Positions 1-9,521 of a DNA stretch of 42,387 nucleotides are shown piece after piece. Every line of letters starts with the position of its first letter. Position 1 is the stretch's first letter. The notes under the pieces are model-generated. The model had not been told where the DNA came from and searched no databases. It saw only the letters and a program-made list of their open reading frames with translations. Origin of the DNA: Deltaproteobacteria bacterium (GTDB taxonomy: Bacteria; Desulfobacterota; JADFXK01); the NCBI GenBank assembly GCA_015233625.1, contig JADFXK010000001.1, positions 9,537-51,923 of the forward strand. Direction: 5' to 3'. Both the position numbers and the translations under genes were made by a program.

Positions 1-255
1 AGATGATTATAACGCTTTCTTTCGCGTGAGGAATTTGGTATAGAAAAAAGCAAATTTAAAGTTAAACAAGGAGACGTTTGGCCATGTTGTCTTTTCAAGA
101 GAGAGTAAATATCAACATCTGGTTCATCCGACTAAGAAGTACTTGCTAACACAGGATTCGGTATCCCACAGGCGGCCGGCCGACATTGGTGTTACCGGCG
201 GCCAAATTGAACATCATAACCATGACGGTCAAACACAAGAAAGGAGCAACAACGA

Positions 256-732
256 ATGAAAGCATTAAGATTAATTGTTTTATTGTTAGCCGGTGTCCTG
301 GTCATCGGTCCTCTCGGCCTGGCGGAGTGTTCCGCCCTTGAGTATTGCTGGAACCTTTCTTATCCCGGGATGATAACTCCTCCCGAGTCCATCAGAGTCG
401 GCGTACTGGACATAGGCAACGGCCATTATGTCTTAGCCGGCTCGGCTAAAATTATAAGTGTTATCGACGGTAAATACAATACATTTGTCGTTAATGGAAA
501 CGCCGAGATGGTAGATAACGTCTTGGAAGTGTCGCTTCATATGGCCAGTCGCAATAAAATTTCACTTCTTCCCGGCGACTCAGACGGCTTGGGCTCCATA
601 ATGATTTTTATGAGGTTAAACCCGGTTACTCTAAGTGGAGATTATGCCAGGACACTTGATGGGACAAACGGACCTTTACAATTAAAGGGAACTTTTTTTG
701 ACGGAACCGTCACCTCCGGGCCTTGCAAATAG
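256..732 (+). CDS. Secreted hypothetical protein (paralog 1 of tandem pair)
   Basis: 158-aa ORF with AAGGAG RBS and an N-terminal signal peptide. It shares AECSALEYCWNL, VGVLDIGNGH, NGNAE, LEVSLHM and PVTLSGDY with the next ORF. Two Cys (YCW and near the C-terminus) may form a disulfide. Confidence 0.8.
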   Translation: MKALRLIVLLLAGVLVIGPLGLAECSALEYCWNLSYPGMITPPESIRVGVLDIGNGHYVLAGSAKIISVIDGKYNTFVVNGNAEMVDNVLEVSLHMASRNKISLLPGDSDGLGSIMIFMRLNPVTLSGDYARTLDGTNGPLQLKGTFFDGTVTSGPCK

Positions 733-770
733 GCGCCAGACGGTCAAATAAAAGAAAGGAATAATAACAA

Positions 771-1283
771 ATGAAAAAATCAAGATTATTTGTTTTGTTG
801 TTAGTCAGTGTCCTGGTCATCGGTCATATGGCCGCGGCCGAGTGTTCCGCCCTTGAATATTGTTGGAACCTTGCTGCTCCGGGAAAAACGGTTCCGGCCT
901 CATTGCAAAACGTTATGGCGGCGTCAATTCAGTCGATAAAAGTGGGAGTGTTGGATATTGGCAATGGCCATTTTATGTTGGCCGGCCTGACCACTCTCAA
1001 CAATATATTTAGTCGGAATGAATGGACCGGTTATGTCACCAATGGAAACGCTGAGTTAAGAAACAACGTTTTGGAGGTGTCGCTTCATATGTCCAGCCGC
1101 GATAATATAGCCGTAATTCCCGGAGATGCCTCAACGGCCATCATGACGATGGTGATTCATATGCGGTTAGACCCAGTCACTTTAAGTGGCGATTATTCGA
1201 TGATGTTTGATGGGGCAAAAGGAACTATCCAGTTTAAAGGAGCTGGGGTGAATGGAAAAGTCACCTCCGTATCTTGTAACTAG
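771..1283 (+). CDS. Secreted hypothetical protein (paralog 2 of tandem pair)
   Basis: 170-aa ORF with AAGGA RBS and signal peptide, colinear with 256..732. The leader gacggtcaaa...aagaaagga is duplicated as well. Confidence 0.8.
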   Translation: MKKSRLFVLLLVSVLVIGHMAAAECSALEYCWNLAAPGKTVPASLQNVMAASIQSIKVGVLDIGNGHFMLAGLTTLNNIFSRNEWTGYVTNGNAELRNNVLEVSLHMSSRDNIAVIPGDASTAIMTMVIHMRLDPVTLSGDYSMMFDGAKGTIQFKGAGVNGKVTSVSCN

Positions 1284-1673
1284 GCAGACAGCGGATATGC
1301 GGCTTACCCGGCAGATGACATTGATTTGATTCACCCCCGATGAGGTGGAAGCGGCTAAGGTGCGGATAAACAGGGCCAGGGAGCGGCGGAAAATCAAGTT
1401 GGAGCAAAAGTAAAGACCGACCCTAGATGACCGCCTGGATGAAGGAAGGCGTTTAGGGCGGGGCTGAATAAAAAAAGAAGGAACATCTTCACGCCCTTCT
1501 TTCATTATTCGGATTGGAGACCTTGAAATCCACCAAACTTTGCGGGCCAGGTCGACGGGCGGAAATCTGCAAACGATGGCCGACTTGCAATTTCCCGTAA
1601 ACGAACGATGGGCGGGTGAGCATTTTCCCGCCCATTTTTTATTGTTGGCCGGGCATGGCGTAAATTAAACCCT

Positions 1674-1712
1674 AAAAAGAAAAAAGGACTTGAGGCTTTC
1701 ACCTAAGTCCTT
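1674..1712 (-). terminator. Intrinsic terminator downstream of tRNA-Phe
   Basis: Minus strand AAGGACTT(A)G...(CTC)AAGTCCTT stem followed by a T-run, immediately 3' of the tRNA CCA end. Confidence 0.65.
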
Positions 1713-1720
1713 GTTTTCTG

Positions 1721-1796
1721 TGGTGCCGAGGGACGGAATTGAACCGCCGACACGGGGATTTTCAGTCCCCTGCTCTACCGACTGAGCTACCTCGGC
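1721..1796 (-). tRNA. tRNA-Phe (GAA)
   Basis: The reverse complement GCCGAGGTAGCTCAGTCGGTAGAGCAGGGGACTGAAAATCCCCGTGTCGGCGGTTCAATTCCGTCCCTCGGCACCA is a 76-nt cloverleaf with anticodon GAA, TTC loop and encoded CCA. Confidence 0.98.
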
Positions 1797-1805
1797 CTGG
1801 AATTG

Positions 1806-1834
1806 CGTATACCCTAACGCCTGGATGATGTCAA
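1806..1834 (-). promoter_or_regulatory. Sigma70-type promoter of tRNA-Phe
   Basis: Minus strand TTGACA (1834-1829), 17-bp spacer, TATACG (1811-1806), about 10 nt upstream of the tRNA 5' end. Confidence 0.7.
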
Positions 1835-1940
1835 GCATTTTTTCAGAACTTGAGGCAAGGGATTTCGTGGCCTAAGGATATGAGGACGAACCTGAACCAA
1901 TTGGGGCAATTCCACCTGCGATGTTTCTCTGTTTATTCTA

Positions 1941-2140
1941 ACCTTAGTTCGGTGATTTCACTAGGCGATTAAGAGAATGTGGTTGACGGACCATGATTTA
2001 ATCCGTAGATTGCGCCGAGTTACTCAGATTAAAAAAGACAAATGACCGCACGCGTTTGTGGGCCTCATCCATCTGCGTTCATCTGCGAAATCTGCGGATA
2101 AATTTCTGTGTCCCAATTAATAAAACTCGTCGACCTCTGT
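1941..2140. mobile_element. MITE-like element, copy 1 (200 bp, with target-site duplication)
   Basis: Imperfect terminal inverted repeats (ACCTTAGTTCGGTGA / TCGTCGACCTCTGT) and an internal palindrome of 3x CAGATT-like units against 3x ATCTGCG units. It is flanked by TTATTCTA (1933-1940) and CTATTCTA (2141-2148). Confidence 0.7.
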
Positions 2141-2275
2141 CTATTCTAATCACACTTATCGACCCGGAGCCTGGATTGATTATGTCTCCAGGTGGATGGG
2201 ATTGTTTTTTTCGGGATCATTACATAAGCTCGGTGTTCAAGACAATCGGGCCGGCTGGATAGAAGGAGCGGATTC

Positions 2276-4573
2276 ATGCCTGATGACCGGATTCCCCAAA
2301 TCGGGGTTGTTTTTCCTCGGACTGATGCCTTAACCAAGGTGCGCGGGGAGGAAAGATTCGCGGCCGACTATTATGGTCGGGATCTTGTTTGGGCCGGGGT
2401 AAAGCGGGCCGGGATACCCCACGCCCGGCTAAAGTCATTGGATGTCGATCAGGCCCGGCAGGTCCCCGGCGTGATCGCCGTCTTAACTCATCGGGATATC
2501 CCAGGGGAGAACCGACAGGGAGTAGTCCGCAAAGATCAGCCGGTCTTGGTCGACGACAAAGTCCGCCATGCCGGTGACGCCCTGGCCCTGGTGCTGGCTG
2601 AATCCAAGTCGGCTTTGGCCGCGGCTCTGAAGTGCATCATGTGTGAACTTGAACCCCTCCCCGGTGTGTTTGATCCGGAGCAGGCCCTGGCTGACGGCGC
2701 ACCTCTGGTCCACGAAGATAATCCGGAAGGCAACATCTTGCTCAAAGCGGAGGTCAAGACCGGAGGGGACGAATCAGTCTGGGATGAATGTGCCGCCGTG
2801 ATCGAAGCCTGTTTTGAGACCCCGCATCAGGAGCACTGCTTTCTGGAAACCGAATCCGGATGGGCCAAGGTCGAACCGGACGGGAAGATCGTGATTGTGG
2901 CCTCTACCCAAGCGCCTTTTCGGGACCGCACTGAGGTGGCCCCGGTACTGGGCCAAGACCCCACCAGCATCCGAGTCATTGCCCCATACACCGGTGGCGC
3001 TTTTGGCGGCAAAGATGGGATCACCGTCCAGAGTTTGCTGGGTCTGGCCGCCTTGCACGCCCAAGGCCGACCGGTCAAGATGTGGTGGGACCGGGAGGAG
3101 AGCTTCGTGGCCGGGACAAAGCGTCATCCGGCTCGGATGTACTATCGGTTAGGGGCCAAAACCGATGGGACCCTGCACGCCATAGATGTCCGGCTATACT
3201 TGGACACCGGGCCCTATGATCATTTGGGTGGGGCGGTTATGACTCAGGCCGTGGAACATAGCGGTGGGCCATACCGGATTCCCCACGCCCGATTAAGAGG
3301 CTGGTCTGTCTATACGAACAATCCCATAGGCGGAGCTTTTCGAGGCTTTGGAGTGGTTCAGGTGACGGCCGCCATGGAACAGATGATGGATTTACTGGCC
3401 GTCAAACTGGGCCTGGACCCGGTGCAACTCCGGTTGAAGAACGCAGTCCGCTGCGGGGACAAGAATTGTGTTGGCGTGACCCTGACCGGCTCGGCCGGGC
3501 TGGAAGAGTGCCTGGAAAAAATGGCCAGGCATCCCTACTGGCAAAACCGGCAGATCTGGATCCAAGCCGCCGGTTCATTAAAACGCCGGGGGGTGGGCCT
3601 GGCCGCAGTGATGCACGCCATGGGTTATGGTACTGTTGTGCCCGACGTAGCCAACGCCCAGGTGGAACTCACCCTCGAAGGTAAAATCCGAGTTTATTCC
3701 GGGGTGGTGGATATGGGTCAAGGCAATGCCGCCACCAACCTCCAGATCGCCGGCAGCATCCTGGGCCAGGCCCCGGGCCAAATGGAACTGGTCCAGCCCG
3801 ATACCGACCGAACATTGCCTTCCGGATCAGCCTCGGCCAGCCGATGTACTTACACTTTCGGGAACGCCCTAATTGGGGCCGCCCAGGCGCTGAAGGAAAG
3901 AATCCTGCAACGAGCCTCCGACTTACTCATGGCCGCCGGACCCGACGAACTGGTCCTGGTCTCGGGATTGGTCAGGCGGGTGACCACCGGACAAGACATC
4001 CCCCTGGCCGTCCTGGCTAAATGGTTGACCGACACTGAGCGCATCGCGGTTTATCGTTTCCGCGCCCCGGTGGCCCAAGAACGGCCGGCCAAGGACGAGC
4101 AGGTCAGACTGCACGGACTACCTCACTGCATCTTCTCCTATGGGGCTCACCTGGCCATGGTCGAAGTGGACGAATTGACCGGGGCGGTGGAGGTCCAAGG
4201 CTACCTGGCCATCACCGACAGCGGCCGGGTCCTCAACCCTCAGACCTACGAGCAGCAGATCCACGGAGGGATTGTCCAGGGCCTGGGTTATGCCCTAAGC
4301 GAAGACTTCCGGGTGGCGGACGGTCGAATTCAGACGTCCGACCTGGCTACTTATATCATCCCGACGGCCATGGATGTGCCGGAGATGTTGTCCATCCCGG
4401 TGGAGATCAACGAACCGACCGGTCCTTTCGGCCTGAAAGGGGTGGGTGAGGTGGCCATGAATGGTCCGCTGCCGGCGGTCGCCAATGCCGTGGCCGCGGC
4501 CTGCGGCGGGAGATGCTTTAGTTTTCCGCTGACCTCAGAACGGGTTCTCCAAGTCATGACCTTTGAATCATAG
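2276..4573 (+). CDS. Xanthine dehydrogenase/aldehyde oxidoreductase family molybdopterin-binding subunit
   Basis: 765 aa with motifs GGAFGGK, AFRGFG, DMGQG, QIHGGIVQGLG and KGVGE, plus an AAGGAG RBS. The substrate cannot be determined. Confidence 0.95.
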   Translation: MPDDRIPQIGVVFPRTDALTKVRGEERFAADYYGRDLVWAGVKRAGIPHARLKSLDVDQARQVPGVIAVLTHRDIPGENRQGVVRKDQPVLVDDKVRHAGDALALVLAESKSALAAALKCIMCELEPLPGVFDPEQALADGAPLVHEDNPEGNILLKAEVKTGGDESVWDECAAVIEACFETPHQEHCFLETESGWAKVEPDGKIVIVASTQAPFRDRTEVAPVLGQDPTSIRVIAPYTGGAFGGKDGITVQSLLGLAALHAQGRPVKMWWDREESFVAGTKRHPARMYYRLGAKTDGTLHAIDVRLYLDTGPYDHLGGAVMTQAVEHSGGPYRIPHARLRGWSVYTNNPIGGAFRGFGVVQVTAAMEQMMDLLAVKLGLDPVQLRLKNAVRCGDKNCVGVTLTGSAGLEECLEKMARHPYWQNRQIWIQAAGSLKRRGVGLAAVMHAMGYGTVVPDVANAQVELTLEGKIRVYSGVVDMGQGNAATNLQIAGSILGQAPGQMELVQPDTDRTLPSGSASASRCTYTFGNALIGAAQALKERILQRASDLLMAAGPDELVLVSGLVRRVTTGQDIPLAVLAKWLTDTERIAVYRFRAPVAQERPAKDEQVRLHGLPHCIFSYGAHLAMVEVDELTGAVEVQGYLAITDSGRVLNPQTYEQQIHGGIVQGLGYALSEDFRVADGRIQTSDLATYIIPTAMDVPEMLSIPVEINEPTGPFGLKGVGEVAMNGPLPAVANAVAAACGGRCFSFPLTSERVLQVMTFES

Positions 4574-4788
4574 TAAAAAAAGTACAAACAACCGCGACCC
4601 CTGGCTATAATCTAAAGGCAACGATTCCCTTACTTTTGATGAGCAGATTGATGAAACAAGAACATTGATAGTTGCAGATTTTCATATATTAAAGCACGAA
4701 CCATGCCGGGAAAAACCTTAATTGGGGAAGTGTGGTATAAAAAATAAGAAGGTAAATAATAAAGATCACCAAAAGTAATGGAGTCCAT

Positions 4789-5400
4789 ATGGGAGCAGAA
4801 AAAGTATTAGACACAAAAGCAGTTGCTGAAGCTTCAATTTTACCTCAGGGCAAAGGGAGTAGAGTAGACTTAAAAACGAATGAAGCACTCTGCAAAATGT
4901 ATTTAGATCTGTGGTTGCATCAAAATAGTTTGATGTGGGGTAGGTTACACGTTTTGTGGTTAGTTCAGGTGGGTTTTTTAAGCCTATCTTCCTACCTATA
5001 TGCTACTGATCTGACGTTGCACCTATCATTTCTTGCAAAATTTGCATCCTTGCTTTGTGCACTAACAACTGCCGGGCTGGGATATGTCATGTATAATGAT
5101 AAGAAATTAAGAGACATCTATAGGGCTGGAGTAGAGGATTGTGGACTGGGTCTTTATCCGGCTTCCATGAAGCGACAATCGATTGTTCGGGATAAACGTT
5201 CACTTAATGGTGAAAAACTTTTTTACATCGCAATCTTCGTGGTGTTTGTCTTTATCGACCTATACACAGCTTGGATCTTTAGTATGAGGCCCGCAACAAG
5301 AACTATGCCTGGAAAAACCGAAGCTGGAGTAGTATATATAATTCTCGCAAGAAATCAAACATTAGTAATACAGAGAACTACAAGTCATAATCCATTATGA
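4789..5400 (+). CDS. AT-rich hypothetical membrane protein (about 3 TM segments)
   Basis: 203-aa ORF with GGAG RBS and three hydrophobic stretches. It is visibly lower in GC than the flanking xdh genes. Confidence 0.65.
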   Translation: MGAEKVLDTKAVAEASILPQGKGSRVDLKTNEALCKMYLDLWLHQNSLMWGRLHVLWLVQVGFLSLSSYLYATDLTLHLSFLAKFASLLCALTTAGLGYVMYNDKKLRDIYRAGVEDCGLGLYPASMKRQSIVRDKRSLNGEKLFYIAIFVVFVFIDLYTAWIFSMRPATRTMPGKTEAGVVYIILARNQTLVIQRTTSHNPL

Positions 5401-5461
5401 AGGTACGTTCATCATCACTCACGAACCACCTTCATGAATCAAGGCAGGTGAGAGGTAACCG

Positions 5462-5926
5462 TTGAAAATCAATTTTATCTTAAATGGTCGAGAAATCGAA
5501 CTGACGGCCCCGTCCGATGTCCGGGTGGTGGATCTGTTGCGGGAAGAACTCGAACTGACCGGGACCAAAGAATCGTGCGGTTCAGGCGAATGCGGATCTT
5601 GCACTATCCTGGTGGATGGCCAGAGCCGCCTGTCTTGCCTGATGCTGGCCGCCCAACTCCAGGGCCGGGAAGTGACCACGATCGAAGGGTTGGCCGATGA
5701 CGCTGGACGGCATCCGGTCCAGGAGGCTTTTGTCCAGGCCGGGGCGGTCCAATGCGGTTTCTGTACTCCCGGAATGGTCCTGGCCGCGGTTGATTTGCTG
5801 GATCGCCGGCCCGATCCTTCCCGCTCGGAGATAAGAGAAGGACTTAGTGGCAACTTGTGCCGCTGCACCGGTTACCAGAAGATTGTCGATGCGGTGGAAA
5901 TGGCTGTCCATCGAGAGGAAGGTTAG
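5462..5926 (+). CDS. Xanthine dehydrogenase family 2Fe-2S subunit (CoxS-like)
   Basis: GTKESCGSGECGSCT, QCGFCTPG and NLCRCTGY motifs. TTG start after GAGG. Confidence 0.95.
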   Translation: MKINFILNGREIELTAPSDVRVVDLLREELELTGTKESCGSGECGSCTILVDGQSRLSCLMLAAQLQGREVTTIEGLADDAGRHPVQEAFVQAGAVQCGFCTPGMVLAAVDLLDRRPDPSRSEIREGLSGNLCRCTGYQKIVDAVEMAVHREEG

Positions 5927-5929
5927 CCC

Positions 5930-6772
5930 ATGCGAGAGGTTTTTTTGCCTCGGACGTTGGATGAATTGTGGGACCTGCTCCGCCGCCGGCCCGAGGCCGT
6001 CATCTATGCCGGGGGGACGGATGTGCTGGTCAAGCTCCGGGCCGGATTGATCGCCGCGTCGAGCCTGATCTGCCTGGAGCGGATTGAAGATTTACAAGGC
6101 GTCCGGGATCAGGGGGATGAAGTTTACATCGGGGCGGCGACGACCCATCGGACCTTACTGGCCGATCCCGTTATCCAGGAGCATTTTCCCATTTTGATCC
6201 AGGCGCTGAGCGTCCTGGGCTCCCCACCCGTCCGCAACATGGGGACGATTGGCGGCAACGTGGTGACAGCCTCTCCGGCCGGGGATACCTTACCGCCGCT
6301 CTATGTCCTGGACGCGGAGGTAGAGGTGCGATGGAGCGACGGCGCTAAACGATTGCCTCTGAGCCAATTTATCCTGGGGCCGGGAAAGACAAGTCTGGGA
6401 CCGGGCCAATTGTTGGCCGGTGTCTGGCTGAGAAAATCGGCTGATTATAACGTGCATCACTTCGAAAAGGTTGGCCAAAGAAAAGCCCTGGCCATCGCCG
6501 TGGTCAGCCTGGCGGCTCTCCTGAAGGTGTCCGATTCCGGCCGGATTGACCAGGTCAGGCTGGCCTGGGGTAGTGTCGGGCCGACGGTCATGAGATCGGG
6601 AGAGGTGGAGAGCGCCCTGGAGGGCCGGGTAATCTCCCGGGAGACCCTGGACCAGGCCGCGGCTCTGGCGCAGACCGCCGTATCGCCCATCGACGATATC
6701 CGAGCCAGCGGGGCTTATCGTCGCACCGTAGCCGGAAACCTGCTGCTGAGATTGATCAACTACGCTCGTTAA
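5930..6772 (+). CDS. Xanthine dehydrogenase family FAD-binding subunit (CoxM-like)
   Basis: AGGTD, RNMGTIGGN, SPAGD and PIDDIRAS..YR motifs. It starts 3 bp after the FeS subunit. Confidence 0.95.
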   Translation: MREVFLPRTLDELWDLLRRRPEAVIYAGGTDVLVKLRAGLIAASSLICLERIEDLQGVRDQGDEVYIGAATTHRTLLADPVIQEHFPILIQALSVLGSPPVRNMGTIGGNVVTASPAGDTLPPLYVLDAEVEVRWSDGAKRLPLSQFILGPGKTSLGPGQLLAGVWLRKSADYNVHHFEKVGQRKALAIAVVSLAALLKVSDSGRIDQVRLAWGSVGPTVMRSGEVESALEGRVISRETLDQAAALAQTAVSPIDDIRASGAYRRTVAGNLLLRLINYAR

Positions 6773-6848
6773 AGACCATGACCGGCAGGGCAGTTAACCA
6801 GGCAGCCGGAACACAAAGATACCTTCACAGAGACAGGACGGGGCCAAT

Positions 6849-8042
6849 ATGCCGGACGAGGACAAACTGTTCACCAAGGAATTTCTGGCGATAGATGGAG
6901 TTATTTTTATAGCCTTCAGCAGCTTGGCGATATTTTATGGGTTCGAACGGTTTCTGGCCACCTTGCCCATCGCCCCCAAGTGGTTTGGTCTAATAATCGG
7001 TCTATTTGCCCTGGCCACCGTGATCATCCGGCCGGTGATCAGCCCGTTCTTTCATCCCGGCAATGCCAAGAAATGGATGACCTATGGTATTGTTGCGGTC
7101 ATCATCTCATTATTATTATACCAGTTTGCCGACAACTGGTGGACGATGTCTCTGATTCGGGTGTTTCACGGGGCTGGCCATTCGGTCTTATGCTCCGCCG
7201 GCACCACCTTGATTGTTGGTTTTATCCCGGAGAAGAGGAGCGGCCAGGCCTTCGGGATCATTACCGCGCTGACGCTGGTGCCGTACGGAATCATTCCTCC
7301 GCTGGCCGGGATGGTGACCGGGTCTACCGGCGGCTTCCTACGTTTGATGAATTACTCGGCTATAATTTCACTCCTGGCCTTTCCTTTGGTGGCCCTGATC
7401 AGGGGCGAGGCAGCGGGCGGAGAAGACCGGCGGAGCGACCGGATGAAGTGGCCGGAGATTGCGGATGCATTGAAGGGTCGAAATGTTATCCTGTTGCAGT
7501 TAATTTGTCTATTGGTCTGGACGGCTTATGCGCCCGTCTTTTTTCTCATTGATGGTTATGCTAAAAAAATTGGTGTGATGGATACCGGCTGGTTTTTCAC
7601 CGCCTCAGTCTTCACCGAGATATTAGTCCGCCTGGTGGCCGGAAAATTTTTTGACAGAATAAGCAAGGTCATTACGTTGGCCGGATCTGCGGCCTGGCTC
7701 ACCTTGGGCTACCTGGCTTTAGCTAATTGCTCGACCGCGGCGGGGCTTTATTCTCTGGGCGCCTTCCTGGGCCTGGGATGGGGGGCAGCCATGCCGGTGA
7801 TAACCGGCCTGATGTTCGACATCTCGTCCTCCAGGCACAGGCCCCTATTGACCAATTTGCTTTTCGTGATGTACCAGGGCGGCTTTCTACTGGGTCCGCT
7901 GATTGGCGCCTATGTCTTGAACAACCAGGGGTATCGCGCCCTCTTTTATGTGTGCGGGGCGTTGACGGCCATTACCGTAGTTTTGACACCCTTTATTCGC
8001 ACCCACTCCAAGGCGGGTCAAGCCGGACTATCAAATGTCTGA
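6849..8042 (+). CDS. MFS transporter
   Basis: 397 aa with about 12 hydrophobic segments and MFS-type loops (IRVFHGAG, GKFFDRISK). Confidence 0.9.
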   Translation: MPDEDKLFTKEFLAIDGVIFIAFSSLAIFYGFERFLATLPIAPKWFGLIIGLFALATVIIRPVISPFFHPGNAKKWMTYGIVAVIISLLLYQFADNWWTMSLIRVFHGAGHSVLCSAGTTLIVGFIPEKRSGQAFGIITALTLVPYGIIPPLAGMVTGSTGGFLRLMNYSAIISLLAFPLVALIRGEAAGGEDRRSDRMKWPEIADALKGRNVILLQLICLLVWTAYAPVFFLIDGYAKKIGVMDTGWFFTASVFTEILVRLVAGKFFDRISKVITLAGSAAWLTLGYLALANCSTAAGLYSLGAFLGLGWGAAMPVITGLMFDISSSRHRPLLTNLLFVMYQGGFLLGPLIGAYVLNNQGYRALFYVCGALTAITVVLTPFIRTHSKAGQAGLSNV

Positions 8043-8254
8043 GACTGAGTATTAGTTACCGGTGACTCCAATATGTTCCTCAGGGAGGCTCATGAAAAGA
8101 TTTTTGAGTGGCCGACCAGACCGGAGGAGGGGCCTGGTCAGCCGTGGTGCAGGGATAAGAAAGAACGGGAAGGGTGGGACGATGATCAAAAGATTAAATC
8201 GCCATAGCCTCGTTGGAAAGGTTGCGGCGGTTTAAAGGATCGCCTCCGGGTGGA

Positions 8255-8737
8255 TTATTTACTGTACTTGTCAATCCACTCCTCGGTCAGAGACTTGCCT
8301 GTCTTGGGATGATCCTTCTTTTTGGCCAGGTGATGCTCCTTGCGTTTCTCCAGTTGAGCTTGTTGTTCCGGAGTCAGAACCTTCATAATCTGGGCCTTCA
8401 CTTGAGCCCGATTGATGACCAGATCCTCACGTGCCGCACTCAATGGCTTATAAGCGGCTCGCATGGCAGCTTCGGTGGCATTGGGAGCCTTAACCGCGGT
8501 GCGGAAGTTCTCTTTGGCCGTTTTCAGGCCGGCCCACAATTTCTGACTCTGAGCTTTATTGGATTTTAGGATGGTGGCGATGGAATGTTTCTGAGCATCG
8601 GTCAGATCGAGTTTCGTCACCCAGCCCAGAATTCCGCATGAACGCTTGTGGTGAGATCCGCCATAGGCGATGGCTCCAGAAACTACGCCAACCAAGACAA
8701 AGACCAGCACGAAGGAAACGATTAATGTTTTTTTCAT
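8255..8737 (-). CDS. Spy/CpxP-family periplasmic chaperone (LTXXQ motif)
   Basis: Signal peptide, two LTxxQ motifs (LDLTDAQK, VLTPEQQ), helical and basic, AAGGA RBS. Confidence 0.88.
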   Translation of the reverse strand: MKKTLIVSFVLVFVLVGVVSGAIAYGGSHHKRSCGILGWVTKLDLTDAQKHSIATILKSNKAQSQKLWAGLKTAKENFRTAVKAPNATEAAMRAAYKPLSAAREDLVINRAQVKAQIMKVLTPEQQAQLEKRKEHHLAKKKDHPKTGKSLTEEWIDKYSK

Positions 8738-8964
8738 GATTGCATTCCTTTCTTTTAAGTAAAAACAAGGTCTTGAATACCTAACTTAGTCAAGGTCAAG
8801 ACCGGTTGCTTGCCCTTGCAAGTATAGTCGTCGGTTCATGCTAAAAGGTTACTCGAAAAAAAAATAAAACAGCCGGGAACCTTCTCGACGATTTCAACAG
8901 ATTGCTCACCCCCGCGACCCGGCCACAATACCAGATCAACTCACGGTGTTTAACCAGGACTGCC

Positions 8965-9030
8965 GCTCTTCCCAGGAATGGCTATAGTCTTTATGACTTG
9001 GGTGGAAACGTTTGGGGGTGGTTGCGGAAC
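8965..9030 (+). pseudogene. Remnant of a formylglycine-generating-enzyme (SUMF1) domain gene
   Basis: The translation LPRNGYSLYDLGGNVWGW matches the FGE hallmark NxxGLYDMxGNVWEW, but no full-length ORF surrounds it. Boundaries are approximate. Confidence 0.55.
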
Positions 9031-9186
9031 CGGGACGATAGTGGTTGGGATGGTAAGCGGGGCTGCCGGTGGAGATACCCGGATGAATTCGGTGTGGCCC
9101 TAATCCGGCCATAGTCCCAAGGCCGGGAAACACCGTCTCCTGCTAACGGACGAATTTCGACGCAGGCGAGACCTGCGCCGGAGTTG

Positions 9187-9393
9187 TTATTCAGCCACTG
9201 GGAAATTGATCTCATTCAATGTTGCTTTGATCTTATCCAAAGAAGCCGGGGCGTCCCACTCCACGGTGACGGTTTTCGTTCCAGGGTCACCCTCCACCTT
9301 GGCCACACCAGGCATCTCACTCAATTCCCGCTTGATACTCATCACGCAATGACCACAGTTGATTTTGGGGATGGAAAATGTTTTTGACTCCAT
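9187..9393 (-). CDS. copZ: CopZ-like heavy-metal-associated (HMA) chaperone
   Basis: 68 aa with an INCGHC (CxxC) motif and AGGAG RBS. Confidence 0.88.
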   Translation of the reverse strand: MESKTFSIPKINCGHCVMSIKRELSEMPGVAKVEGDPGTKTVTVEWDAPASLDKIKATLNEINFPVAE

Positions 9394-9521
9394 GGTTTTC
9401 TCCTGTTAATTAGTTGCTGGTTCCTGATTGCTCGGGGCTCGGTGCCGGTTGCCGGTTATTTGTTCAATACGCTGGAATTTATGAACAACCTTAAACAAGC
9501 AATCAGCATCAAGCAAATACT

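Noticed and set aside
2276-6772. Selenocysteine read-through in the molybdoenzyme operon
   Set aside because: All three subunits are full length and end in TAG or TAA. No in-frame TGA needs recoding.
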